DNA of 64,000 nucleotides from Octopus vulgaris (lineage: Eukaryota), in contig OX597841.1 in the NCBI GenBank assembly GCA_951406725.2, positions 19,592,001 through 19,656,000 on the forward strand. The letters run 5' to 3'. Positions within the stretch are counted from its first letter, which is position 1; every line of letters begins with the position of its first letter. The position numbers were made by a program, and so were the translations under genes. Shown one piece after another: positions 13,631 through 26,254 of this stretch. Below the pieces are notes generated by a model. It did no database searches and was not told the origin of the DNA. It saw only the letters and a list, made by a program, of their open reading frames with translations.

Positions 13631-14340
13631 ATGCAGTGGTTTCTGGATAGTGGTTGTATATTTGGTGTCTGACAGTTGCACCTTGGTGTTCTACCACGCA
13701 GTCGGGCTAGGACTCAATATAGGAAAGTGTGCGTGGTTCTCCATCCACGGCTGGGGCAAGTCCTATCTTATCAACGTGATACCATCGTCGAGTATCGATG
13801 GTATCACGTTGAAATAATGCGGCGAGCTGGCAGAATCATTTAGCACGCCGGGCAAAATGCTTAGCGGTATTTCGTCTGCCGTTACGTTCTGAGTTCAAAT
13901 TCCGCCGAGGTCGACTTTGCCTTTCATCCTTTCGGGGTCGATTAAATAAAGTACCAGTTACGCACTGGGGTCGATGTAATCGGCTTAATACCTATGTCTG
14001 TCCTTGTTTGTCCCCTCTATGTTTAGCCTCTTGGGGATAATAAAGAAATAGGTATCACGTTGAAAAAGGTAGAACCGGGAGAGAGGGTGTCCTACCTGGG
14101 TCTTAATGTTCCTACGTGGAATTCGAACTCGAGTCGGGAGTTTAGTTTAGATTCGGTGGAGCAGGTGTCCCTGGATATCAAGAAGATAAGCAGGGCTCCA
14201 CTGAAACCCCGACAGAAATTCCTCTTGCTGCAGCATTATTACCTGCCAAGATTTCTTTAAGGCCTTGTGCAGGTCCTGCCGTCAAGAGGAATTCTTGAGT
14301 AAGATAGTCGGGTGAACAGGCAGGAGGACTAGCATTCATT
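13631..14340 (+). mobile_element. Degenerate R2/NeSL-like RT fragment interrupted by a SINE
   Basis: GLGLNIGKC...YLGL...APLKPRQKFLLLQHYYLPR resembles the distal RT/thumb region of R2-type elements. Confidence 0.55.
13815..14050 (+). mobile_element. SINE family B with 15-bp TSD
   Basis: TSD ggtatcacgttgaaa at 13800-13814 and 14051-14065. Confidence 0.9.
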
Positions 14341-17128
14341 CAACACTCAATCTCTCATTTGATGGTTCCTAGCGCCACACTTGGTACCCCACTTCAGCTG
14401 CTGGGCCAAACCAAGTGAAGGTATGCTGTTAACTTTGTACCAGTAAACAATAGACTCCAAAGTAACATTTCCCAAGGGCTGAAGAACCTGCTCAGGCCAA
14501 TGGCCTAGTGTTTGGTGCCAAGGCGTATCTCAGGTAGAGGTATACAGTTAAGGTTAACAGCAGAGGAATGGGCGCTGCTAAGCTAGCTTATCCATGAAAC
14601 ATTCAAGGAGATGACAACCCGAACAGAACCCCCACCAGATGAGCAGCTGCCTGGGTTAACATCAAGGAGGGGGACAGGGTTTGATTTTGCTGGCTCACAG
14701 AGGGTAGCAGAAGACAGAGGTAAGTGGCAATATCTGGTTGTCAGTGAATGTCCCCAATGACCAAAAGGTCAATGGGCAGGAAGAAAAAGAAAATGAAAGA
14801 AATGGAGTTGGGTGGAGCTAGGGCGAGTAACATACTCCCATCTGACTGGCACGCTGTCAGTTACAACGACACGGGTTCCAGTTGATCCGATCAACAGAAC
14901 AGCCTGCTTGTGAAACGAATGTGCAAGTGGCTGAGTACTCCACAGACACACATATCCTTTATGTAGTTCTTGAGGAGATTCAGCGTGACACAGAATGTTA
15001 CAAAGCTGGCCCTTTTGAAACACAGGTACAACTCATTTGTGCCAGCTGAGTGGACTGGAGTAACGTGAAATAAAGTGTCTTGCTTAAGGACACAATGCGT
15101 TGCTGGGAATTGAACTTACGACCTTACAATTGTGAGCTGAATACCCAAACCACTAAGCCACATGTCTTCACTATTCTTTTCTAGTATGCCACAGATACCA
15201 AATAACCTAAGGAACATCACAGGGAACAGGGATTGAGCATTGCCCGTTGAATTTGAACTCGTTCAGCCAAATCCCAGTGATGGCCATTGCTGCTGTCATG
15301 GAAACGGCATTTGTGAGATCGTACTCCTGGCCATTGCCAGAATCATGATGTCCGAATGTTGGGCCTCATGGAGGCAATGACAAGTGACTGGGCCCTTTGT
15401 TGGTGATATGCAGGGCTTGAGAAGACTTGTCAAGTGGAATCATAGTTGTGGCCAATAAGGTGGCGAGCTGGCAGACATGTTAGCATGTCTGGTGAAATGC
15501 GTAGCCGTATTTCGTCTGCCGTTATGTTCTGAGTTCAAATTCCGCCAAGGTTGACTTTGCCTTTCATCCTTTCGGGGTTGATTAAATAAGTACCAGTTAC
15601 GCACTGGGGTCGATATAATCGACTTAATCCGTTTGTCTGTCCTTGTTTGTCCTCTCTGTGTTGAGCCCCTTGTGGGTAGTAAAGAAATACATAGTTGTGG
15701 CCATTGCCGGTGGTATGTAAAAGGCACCCACTACACTCTTGGAGTGGTTGGCATTAGGAAGGGTGTCCAACTGTAGAAACCAAGCAAGATCAGACTGGAG
15801 CCTGGTGCAGCCCTCCTGTTTACCAGTTCCAGTCAAGCCGTCTAACCCATGCCAGCATGGAAAGCAGATGTTAATGATGATGTTTTAATGTTTATTTCTC
15901 CGTTTTTGCATGGATTGGATGACTTCTTTTAAGTCAGATCTGCTACAGTCGGATGCCTTTCCTGTCAACAACCCTCACCTGTTTCCAAGCAAGTTAATAT
16001 TTCCCCATGGCTAGACATGATTTTCCCTTAGAATAGGTTCGAATGCTGGCACCAGGCTAGTAATTTCAGAAGAGGGAGTAAATATCGATTACATCAATCT
16101 ACAGGGTTCAACTGGTACTTCTTCCATTGACCCTGCAAGGATGAAACACAAAGTGAACCTCAATGGAATTTGAACTCAGAAGGTAAAGACAGATGAAATG
16201 CCACCAAGCATTTTGCATGACATGCTAACAACTCTGCCAATTCCTAGCCTTAGATCTTCCCATGATATTGGAAAGGAATATCACTGCTAATGAGATAGTG
16301 ACACTCATTTACTACAACTCTCTTGAAATGTCAAGCAAGACAAGGCGACACACACACACACACACATACACACGCACACATATGTATATATCATCCAGTG
16401 CCCCCTCCCCTCTCGTAATTCCTTGTCTTGCAAGTTACTTGGTGACCCTACCGGTGCTGGTGCCACATAAAAAGCATTCAGTCCACACTGTAGAGTGGTT
16501 GGCATTTGGAAGGGCATCCAGCCATAAAAACCATGCCAAAACTGACCTTGCCTTGTGCTGGTGTCACGTAAAATGCACTGAGTCCACTCTGCAGGGTGGG
16601 TGGTGTTAGGAAGGGCATCTAACAGTCAAATCCCTACCAAAACAGACACAGTAGCTTAGGGTAGTTCTTCTACCTGGCCAGCTCCTGTCAAACCATCCAA
16701 CTCACGTGGTTGAAAAGCAATCTTTTCACCATACAGCCATGCCTATGCTTAAGGCTTCTTTCAGTTTCCATCCCTCAAGTCTTCTCACAAGTAGAAGACA
16801 CTTGCTTACGAAGCCACACAGTGAGACTGAACTCGAAACCCTGTGGCTGGGAAGCAGACCTCTAAACCAGAGCCATGCCTCGGCCCATAACACAATAAAA
16901 CATTTAAAAAAGTGACCTCTGCTGCTAAATAATGCTAACAGGTTTCATTGGGTTAATGGAACCTGCATAGCTGGACATTTCCCAGACTGTTTTCCTTCTG
17001 AAGACAGGCCTTTGCACCTGAAATATAAAGGTTTCACAAAACTCTGCACATTATCAGAAGCATTTTATTTCCCTCTTTTTTACCTTCTTTGATAAAAAGA
17101 AAAGATAAAAGAGCCCCAAACAACATAC

Positions 17129-17388
17129 TTGACACATCTTCGGTAAACCATTTTCCAGTCAATCTCGCACTCGTCGGCTTCCTTTGGAATAAATACCAAA
17201 AGTTGGTCGTTGTTGAAATTATAAAAACACAGCTGCTTCCATAGGATCTTCTCTTCGGACAGTTCGTAGATGAAGCTGTTTGTGAGACCAGTGTGGACAA
17301 TGTCCTTGTGGTCGTTGAGCCGGAGCAGGATGTCTCGGATGCAGTCTTCTGGCAGGTCGCTAAAGGTCAGCTTGCCATCATTTTCTCG
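17129..17388 (-). CDS. FBXO32: FBXO25/32 F-box-domain exon (260 nt)
   Basis: cctcacatgcAG / GTatgt. RENDGKLTFSDLPEDCIRDILLRLNDHKDIV...SEEKILWKQLCFYNF...IDWKMVY carries the F-box signature LTFSDLP..I...IL.RL and LW..LC. Confidence 0.97.
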
Positions 17389-17637
17389 CTGCATGTGAGG
17401 AAGAATGAGAAAGTGAGAGTGAAGAAGAGTGAGAGGGGGGCATCAAGTGAGGAAGAGTGATAGGGATGAAGAGAGAGAGAGAGAGGGAGAGAAAGAGGGA
17501 GTGGTAGGGAGTATGAGTGAGTTAGGGAGGATGACAGGAGAGTATGAGTGTAAGGGTGAGTGAGAGAAAGAGCAACGTAGAGAGGTGGAAAAAGAGTGGG
17601 AGGGAGAGTGAGAGGGAGAGAAGAATAGAAGAAGAAT

Positions 17638-18798
17638 GTGGTGGTGTTGGTGGTGGTGGTGGTGGTGGTGGTGGTGGTGGTGGTGGTGGTGGTGGTGGTG
17701 GTGGTGGTGGTTGTGGTGGTGGTTGGTGGTGGTTGTGGTGGTGGTGGTGGTGGTGGTGGTGGTTGTGGTGGTTGTGGTGTTGGTGGTGTTGGTGGTTGTG
17801 GTGGTGTTGGTGGTGGTGGTTGTGGTGGTTGGTGGTGGTGGTGGTGTGGTGGTGGTTGTGGTTGTGGTGGTGGTGGTGGTGGTGGTGGTGGTGGTGGTGG
17901 TGGTTGTGGTGGTGTTGGTGGTGGTTGTGGTGGTGGTTGTGGTTGTGGTGGTGTTGGTGGTGGTGGTGGTGGTGGTGGTGGTTGTGGTGGTGTTGGTGGT
18001 GGTGGTGGTTGTGGTGGTGGTTGTGGTTGTGGTGGTGTTGGTGGTGGTGGTTGTGGTGGTTGTGGTTGTGGTGGTGTTGGTGTTGGTGGTGGTTGTGGTG
18101 GTGGTGGTTGTGGTGGTGGTTGTGGTGGTGGTTGTGGTGGTGGTGGTGTTGGTGGTGGTGGTTGTGGTGGTGGTGGTTGTGGTGGTTGTGGTGGTGGTAG
18201 TTGTGGTTGTGGTGGTGGTGGTGGTGGTGGTGGTGGTGGTAGTTGTGGTTGTGGTGGTGGTTGTGGTGGTGGTGGTTGTGGTGGTGGTAGTTGTGGTTGT
18301 GGTTGTGGTAGTGGTGGTGGTTGTGGTGGTGGTTGTGGTGGTTGTGGTGGTGTTGGTGGTGGTTGTGGTGGTGGTGGTGGTTGTGGTGGTGTTGGTGGTG
18401 GTTGTGGTGGTGGTTGTGGTTGTGGTGGTGTTGGTGGTGGTGGTGGTTGTGGTGGTGGTGGTGGTTGCGGTGGTGGTTGTGGTTGTGGTGGTGTTGTTGG
18501 TGGTTGTGGTTGTGGTGGTTGTGGTGGTGGTTGTGGTGGTGGTGGTGGTGGTGGTGGTGGTTGTGGTGGTGGTGTTGGTGGTGGTGGTGGTTGTGGTGGT
18601 GGTGGTGGTGGTGGTGGTGGTGGTGGTGGTGGTTGTGGTGGTGGTGGTGGTGGTGTGGTGGTGGTGGTGGTGGTGGTTGTGGTTGTGGTTGTGGTGGTGT
18701 TGGTGGTGGTGGTTGTGGTGGTGGTTGTGGTGGTGGTGGTGGTGGTGGTGGTGGTGGTGGTGGTGGTGGTGGTGGTGGTGGTGGTGGTGGTGGTGGTG
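17638..18798. repeat. About 1.16-kb (GGT)n/(GGTTGT) microsatellite
   Basis: Almost pure G/T triplet tract. Confidence 0.98.
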
Positions 18799-19286
18799 AG
18801 TTACTGAATTTTGTCTTCATTAACTTTTTCACTTTGCAATTTCTTGGTTATTCCAGAATTTATGTGAAATATCTCCCAAAATAGAACTGGTATTTTCTGC
18901 AAATCACATTGCCTCAATAAAGTTGAGATATTTTCAGAGAAAATAGTTTCAAACTTAAAGGTAATGAAATTTTGAGTGGATATGGCTACTTTTTGCTATA
19001 AAATTGTTAAATAACAATTTTACAGGGTTATTATGTATATTAACACTTTCACTGTGAAACTAAATTTCATGGTTATTCCAGGAATTATGTTAAATATCGA
19101 GCATAGAATAGAATTGGTATTTTCTGCAAGTTGCATTGCCTCATTAAACTTGACATATCTCAAGAGAAAATAGTTTCAGACATGACATTCCTCAACAAAA
19201 GATAGATTGATATATTAAACTGCTTCCTGAAGTTGAGGGCAAAGAAACTAAGAAGAGGAGGAGGAGGAGGAGGACAATGACGACGA

Positions 19287-19823
19287 CCAGGCAGTAGCTC
19301 TCATGGCTTCTGATCTTAACTGATTGGAAGCGTTATCATGTACATTGTTTTGTCTTGGTATAAAAGATGGGCTACAGCAAATATTCTGCTCAATACCACA
19401 GATTTGCTTGTCAGTTGTTTGACCTTAACCAGTTGAGCATGTCCCTTGGGGGCTGACGATATGTGCATCTCTGATCACGAGCAGAAGTAGTGGGGGAGCA
19501 TCATAGCCATGTGTTAAGAAGGATTCTTTGGGGTTTGAAGAATTCACCTCTGGAAACACGGGTGTCTCGTTCAACATCCTTAAACAACCCTTATTCAGGG
19601 ACCTTTTGAGCGGGATGGGTTACTCAACCCGAAGAAACTTCTAACTGGGCCCCACCTGCAAGGTCATGTGCTGTTTATCTTGATATGAGATCACCATGTC
19701 GCGCACATATGGTTGTGATGCATGTGCCTAGTGTACCCTTATCAGGTGGGTAGTCATGATGGGTATACTGGGCTTCGTATATTTTAACCCAGTGTCACTT
19801 TGATGGCATGCACTGCTCTCTCA
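19287..19823. mobile_element. Second copy of the 560-bp (AAT)n-associated repeat
   Basis: Closely matches 7977-8517. Confidence 0.85.
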
Positions 19824-20225
19824 ATAATAATAATAATAATAATAATCCTTTCTACTGGAAGCATAAGACCTGAAATTTGGTGGGGAGGAGATAAGTCAAT
19901 TACATCGACCCCAGTGTTTCACTGGTACCTAATTCATTGCCCCTTAAAGGATGAAAGGCAAAGTTGACCTCAGTGGAATTTGAACTCAGAACATAAAGTC
20001 AGATGAAATACCACTAAGCATTTCGCCTGGCATGCTAATGATTCTGCCAGCTCGCCACCTTAATAATAATAATAATCCTTCCTACTGGAAGTACAAGGCT
20101 TCAAAATTGGGGGAAAGGGTTAAGTCAGTTACATCAACCCCAGTGCATAACTGGTACTTATTTAATTGACCCCGAAAGGATTGAACAATATATTCCATGG
20201 AGGTTATGGGATTGTTTTATCTTTT

Positions 20226-20863
20226 ACTATCAGTATCGCCCGGCGTTGCTCGGGTTTGTAAGGGAAATAACTATATAAGCATTTTTAGAGAGTTATAGCC
20301 AAAAAATATCAAAAAATGCATTAAAAATGGAAAAAATATGATGGTAAATGTTTTTAAAAGTCGTTGACTCATCGTAGACATTTTTAGAGAGTTACTTCCC
20401 TTATATAATAGCGAAAAAATGCATTAAAATGGAAAAAAAACGATGGTAATTTTTTTTTAAATCGTAGACTCATGTAGACGCTTTCTTAGCCATTTCTGTT
20501 TTGGTGTCTTCAAGCCATGAAGTCGTTGTTCTAAAAGAACGCTGGTCTCCTTGACAACGCATTACGACGTTGATTTCCTTACACTCCCTTCCCCACAGGT
20601 GCAGGTGTGAGCGTGGACGCCAACTCCGCCGCCATCGACACACGAAAAATTATGCATTAAAATGGAATAAAAAATGATGTTAAATTATTTTTAAAATCGT
20701 AGACTCATCGTAGACGCGCGCTAATACTCAGACGGGCTCGATATGAATCACGACTATAAGCTACCCGAATTTGGTTAAACTGCACCGCAAAATGTGGGAG
20801 TAGTTAGGAATCTAAATCGAAGGGGACAGACACTCACACAACTACAGTTTTATATATATAGAT
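20226..20863 (-). mobile_element. Non-autonomous Helitron-like element
   Basis: Minus strand starts aTCtatatatataaaac and ends with hairpin cccgagcaacgccggg plus a mutated CTAG (ATAG). The same 3' end with intact CTAG|T occurs on the plus strand at 47315-47347. Confidence 0.65.
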
Positions 20864-20879
20864 ATACATAGCGCAGTAG

Positions 20880-21470
20880 TGGTGAGATGTGACAGCAAAG
20901 AAAAGCATACATTCACTCTCTGCATGCAATTAGACTCGGAAAGTTCGTGAGGAACCCATTGACCCAATTTGCTGACTTTTCCGATAGCACACAGGTGTCA
21001 ATGAATGGTTGAATGACCAAATCCAAGTTTCTCTGCTAGTTCCTCAACAGTTACGATGAGATTTTGTTCCACCAGGGTTTTCAGGATGTCCTTGTCGAGT
21101 TCTACAGATCTTTCAGGATGAGGCTCGTCTTCTAGGCTGTAGTTTATGGCTCGGAATTTCTGGAACCACCATTGACACTGCCTTACGCTTATTGTCCAAT
21201 CCCCATATACTGCATTAATATTTCTTGTACTTTCCGTTGCGTTGTTGTCTTTATTGAACTCATAAAGCAAAATATGCCAAATATGCTCCTTTGTTACTTC
21301 CAATATAGCTTTGAAAAAAATAGCTGTTAAAATCGAAATGCACTCTTCAAAACTTGCACTATGAATAAGGACAAGATAAAATTACTACCTGCTTTTATAG
21401 CAAGTTAATATAAGTAGTTTATCCCATTCCCCTCTGACATTTAGTTCAAGCTGTTGAAAAAACCGCATTA
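20880..21470 (-). mobile_element. 5' fragment of a second mariner (cecropia/Hsmar1-like)
   Basis: ORF 20998-21303 has a mariner HTH (HILLYEFNK..NATE...WFQKFR..YSLEDEP). After a stop it continues GKVSKLGQWVPHEL. Confidence 0.85.
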
Positions 21471-21791
21471 TTATATATATATACATACATACATACATAC
21501 ATATACACACACACTCTCTCTCTCTCACACACATGCACACATTTATATTCTGTTATTGTTTTATACGTTTCAGCCTTGAGGTTGTGGCCATGCTGGATCA
21601 TGTGTGTGTGTGTGTGTGTGTGTCTATCTGTCTGTCTGTCTGTATGTATATATGTATATGTATGTGTGTGAACAATAATATTTTCAACAGATGTGTTGCA
21701 AATGTATCTGATTGTTCTCAAGCTTCAATACTGTGTGTGTGTGTGTATGTGTGTGTGTGTGTATGTATGTATGTATATGTATGTATGTATG

Positions 21792-21822
<31 letters not shown>

Positions 21823-22655
21823 GTGTGTGTATGTATGTATGTGTGTGTGTATGTGTGTGTATGTATGTATGTATGTATGTATGTATGTATGTATGTATGA
21901 GTGTATGTTTACTTTATTACTAACACAAGCCACTACGGTTATTTAATGTAAAGTCTTCCTCAAATCACTCTCTCTGGCTATTTACTCTCTTCCAAGAACA
22001 TTTTCACTCACTCTTATCTGTTAGCTTCCCATACATTTTACTCATGTATCTATCAGCGTCATAGTCGTCATCGCATTCTATTGTCTACCTGTCAACACAC
22101 TGTGTGTGCGTTTGCGTGTGGTGTAAACCACATTAAGAAGAGCATTTGACATACACACCAGAATGAGAGTTTTCTGTAAATTTTGCTTAATTGGAGTTTA
22201 AATTTTAAAAACTGGACCTGGCATGACCCGATGCATTGTACTCTTAAAAATGCTAGGTAAATTGTAATTGAAGAAATCCTATATTGTAGATTTCTATAAC
22301 TCCCAAAGGGAGGCAGATAAAATCTGCCTTTTATAATAAGAGATAACATTAAAAAGATTGTATGGCATTATTTTATATTAACTCTTTCACTGTGAAATTA
22401 AACTTGATGGTCATTCCAGAAATGGTGTTAGATATCTGCCCAAAACATAGAATTTCGTATTTCCTGCAAGTCGTGATGCCTCAATAAACTTGACACCTTT
22501 CAATAAAAACTTGTTCCAAACATGACATTCCTCATATAAAACTGCTTTCCACAGTTAAGGGTACGTGTAGATATATTATTTGATTTCCATAGTAAAAGGG
22601 TCAAAGCTATCCCTCTCTCTCTCACTACCTGTCAAAACCTAATAATGCCTAGTAA

Positions 22656-23936
22656 TATGAAAAGTTTTGAGCCTAACCTAGAAACAGGACTGCTATATGG
22701 CCGAAACAGTTTTTTCTGGCAAGTACCGTCTTTTCGGAGTATTCTTGCTCATTTTCATGATTCTGATATTTTAATTTTTTCTGTTGCAGACTTTTGAATG
22801 AACAAGTGTCGAGGTTACAAGGAAAATGGAGAAAACTGAGTATCGTGCTGTCATAAAGTAGCTTCATTTGAAAGGCATGACTCCATCAGAAATCCATGAA
22901 GATATGGTGAGAACCTTAGCAGACAATGCTCCTTCATATGCAACAGCCAAATGCTGGGTAAATGAATTCCAGTGTGGTAGGGAGAGTGTGGAAGATGAGC
23001 CCAGACCAGGGAGACCTCCAACTGCAACCACCAAGGACAACCTTGACCTTGCTCTTGGTATGATAATGCAAGATCGCCAAACATCATGTCATCAGATAGC
23101 CAAGAGACTGGGCACCTCAACTGAAAGAGCTGACAACATTGTGACAAAAGAACTTGGGTACTCAAAGGTTTCTGCAAGGTGGGTCCTTCACCTTTTGACT
23201 CTTCAACAGAAACATACCAGGTGCACTTTGTCCATGAGCAATCTGGAACTGTTTGAAGCCGATGAAGAGAATTTCCTTGCTTGCTTCATTACTATGGACG
23301 AAAGTTGGGTTCATCACTTCCAGCCTGAAACCAAAGAACAATCAAAGCAGTGGAAGCACACATCTTCTCCTACCCCAAAGCAGGCCAGGGTCATTCCTTC
23401 AGCTGGCAAGGTCATGGCATCGGTTTTGGCGATTCTCAAGGTGACTTGCTGATCGATTACCTTGAAAAGGGACACAACATGACAGGGCTGTATTATTCTC
23501 AGCTACTGAAATGCCTCCGAGACGCAATCAAAGAAAAAAGGCCGGGAATGCTCACCAGAGGAGTCCTTTTTCATCGCAACAATGCTCCAGCCCACACCTC
23601 AGTGGTTGCCATGGCAACAATTCGTGAGTGTGGATACGAACTTGTCCCCCATCTGCCTTATTCGCCAGACTTAGCCCCCTCTGACTCTCATCTATTCCCC
23701 AAAATGCAAAAAGTCCTGGCAGGTTGCCATTTTGCCAGTGACAATGACGTCATAGGAAGTTTCTTGGAGTTTCAAATAAAGGAGTTCCTCTACGCCAGGA
23801 TAATGGCGCTTCGGCACCGCTGGAGAAAATGTTCAGCCATCGAGGGGGGGGGGACTATGTTGAAAAATAAATCATCAGAAGTCTTGTACCATGTTTTGTT
23901 CTTTTGAGGCTCAAGACTTTTCATACACCCCTCGTA
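22656..23936 (+). mobile_element. Near full-length mariner (DD34D) transposon, defective; irritans/Bytmar-like
   Basis: ATG 22826 MEKTEYRAVIK*LHLKG; motifs WVLHLL (WVPHxL), TMDESW and YSPDLAPSD; ends GDYVEK* at 23870. Right TIR ggctcaagacttttcatacacccctcgTA and partial left TIR tatgaaaagttttgagcc. One stop (22859) and frameshifts near 23425 and 23850. Confidence 0.93.
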
Positions 23937-23963
23937 GAAGACACACATACATACATATAAGCA

Positions 23964-23996
<33 letters not shown>

Positions 23997-24344
23997 CCAT
24001 AGGGGTTTTCCAAAACACTCATAGGCACTTTCAGATGTACACACACACACCCAAGTGCTCATAAAACACTGATAAGAATGACTGAAATGCAGAGAGACAG
24101 ACACAGGCCCCCACCATTCATATAAACATACACATACCGACATGCAGATACACTTAGACTCATACACTACACATGCAAAGAGGTACACACAAACACATAT
24201 TCACACACACCCAGACACACACACATACACACATCCAGGCAAAGGTACACACAAAGACAGACGCGTGTGTACATAGATACAAAGACACATTAGGTATACA
24301 TGTATGCATATGCATGAGTACAACCAGACATGCATGCAAACACT

Positions 24345-24740
24345 CTTTTACTCTTTTACTTGTATCAGTCATTTGACTGCGGCCATGCTGGAGCACCGCC
24401 TTTAATCGAGCAACTCGACCCCGGGACTTATTCTTTTGTAAGCCCAGTACTTATTCTATCGGTCTCTTTTGCCGAACCGCTAAGTAACGGGGACATAAAC
24501 ACACCAGCATCGGTTGTCAAGCAATGCTAGGGGGACAAAGACAGACACACAAACATACATATATATATACATATATACGACATGCTTCTTTCAGTTTCCG
24601 TCTACCAAATCCCCTCACAAGGCATTGGTCGGCCCGAGGCTATAGTAGAAGACACTTGCCCAAGGTGCCACGCAGTGGGACTGAACCCGGAACCATGTGG
24701 TTGGTTAGCAAGCTACTTACCACACAGCCACTCCTGCGCC
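24345..24740 (-). mobile_element. SINE family A, minus-strand copy 59 bp from an exon donor
   Basis: Reverse complement of 31558-31965. Other minus copies at about 5675-6052, 42765-43141 and 46849-47256; partial ones at 6570-6720, 9320-9540, 10260-10420, 12225-12392 and 30130-30280. Confidence 0.9.
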
Positions 24741-24745
24741 TATAT

Positions 24746-24780
<35 letters not shown>

Positions 24781-24798
24781 TCCCAAATTAATACTGAC

Positions 24799-24968
24799 CT
24801 CTGTTAACTGGAACGTTTCCAGCTTCTTAATCATCCTGGCGACTGCATCATTGTGTTGTGCCCAAAGAGCTTGGCTCCCGATATGTGTATGAATGCCATC
24901 ATTGAGGGCTTTTTGGGAAAGGTGTAGTAACCTGCGCACAGCCTCTAAGTTATACTCGAGTTTTAGAA
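24799..24968 (-). CDS. FBXO32: FBXO25/32 coding exon (170 nt)
   Basis: tgatttttcccAG / GTcagt. Phase 1 in, phase 0 out, bridging its neighbours exactly: (V)LKLEYNLEAVRRLLHLSQKALNDGIHTHIGSQALWAQHNDAVARMIKKLETFQLTE. Confidence 0.9.
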
Positions 24969-25012
24969 CTGGGAAAAATCAGAGAAGGGAAAAATATATT
25001 AACTGTTTATAA

Positions 25013-25053
<41 letters not shown>

Positions 25054-25432
25054 ACAAAAGGGTGTGTATTTCCACACAGGAGAAAATATAGAAAAATTTG
25101 GGCTGAAAATGCACCTGAATTTGAAAAACTTGCAATTGTTTTTAAATAAATTCATTTACATACACACCAAACTAGTTTCAACAGTATTTTTGTTTAGTAA
25201 TGTTAAAAATTTAAAATTGCAAAATAGAAAAACACGTTTAAAAGATTCAATAATATCAATTATGATTTAAATGTTGACAGCGTTCAATATTCTTGTTTAA
25301 ATACAAAAAATTCAATAGTGTTAGAAGTGATCAATAAGAAATGTGGATCACCAAGGGTTCGGTCATACTAAGTTAAACTAGCTCGTTAAGAAAATCTTGA
25401 TAAGGGACAAAAGCAGAATTTATACTGAGCTC

Positions 25433-25967
25433 GACTGGCTTCTGTGCCGGTGGCACATAAAAAGCATCATCCGAACGTGGCCGATGCCAGCGCCACCTTG
25501 ACTGGCTTCCGTGCCGGTGGCACATAAAAAGCATCATCCGAACGTGGCCGATGCCAGCGCCACCTTGACTGGCTTCCGTGCCGGTGGCACATAAAAAGCA
25601 TCATCCGAACGTGGCCGATGCCAGCGCCACCTTGACTGGCTTCCGTGCCGGTGGCACATAAAAAGCATCATCCGAACGTGGCCGATGCCAGCGCCACCTT
25701 GACTGGCTTCCGTACCGGTGGCACGTTAAAAGCACCAACCGATCGTGGTCGATGCCAGACTCCCCTGGCACCTGTGCCGGTGGCACGTTAAAAGCACCCA
25801 CTACACTCACGGAGTGGTTGGCGTTAGGAAGGGCATCCAGCTGTAGAAACACTGCCAGATCAGACTGGGGCCTGGTGCAGCCCCTGGCTTCCCAGATCCC
25901 CGGTCGAACCGTCCAACCCGTGCTAGCACGGAAAACGGATGTTAAACGATGATGATGATGATGATGA
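25433..25967 (+). mobile_element. RTE 3'-UTR-derived copy containing a 67-bp tandem repeat (about 4.5 units)
   Basis: Unit actggcttccgtgccggtggcacataaaaagcatcatccgaacgtggccgatgccagcgccaccttg starts at 25434, 25501, 25568, 25635 and 25702. Tail matches 27890-28069. Related tails lie at about 15710-15880, 28620-29112, 35780-35928, 40960-41140(-) and 45770-46030(-). Confidence 0.85.
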
Positions 25968-26254
25968 AGTAATGTTTAACACCAGAGAGAGGATACCTGT
26001 TATTTCAACAAGAGGAGGAGACCTCTTCCAGCTGGTCCTTCAGTGCGCTCCACATTCAATATTCACTGCAAGCAGGGCAAGAACTCCCTACTCTTCCAGC
26101 TTCGGGACCACCAACTGCAAGGTTTCAACCTTTTCTATGGACATCCTTCGTAATGAAGACTCATCTGCTACAAGTCTCATGGATGCTTGACTGTGCATTG
26201 GATAACCAGCTGGAAGTGGTGTCCTCCTGGGGTTAAATATATATTTATGTAGTA

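Noticed and set aside
17522-18884. Long poly-His/Pro, poly-Gly/Cys, poly-Val and poly-Trp ORFs
   Set aside because: Stop-free translations of the intronic (GGT)n microsatellite in several frames, with no coding signature.
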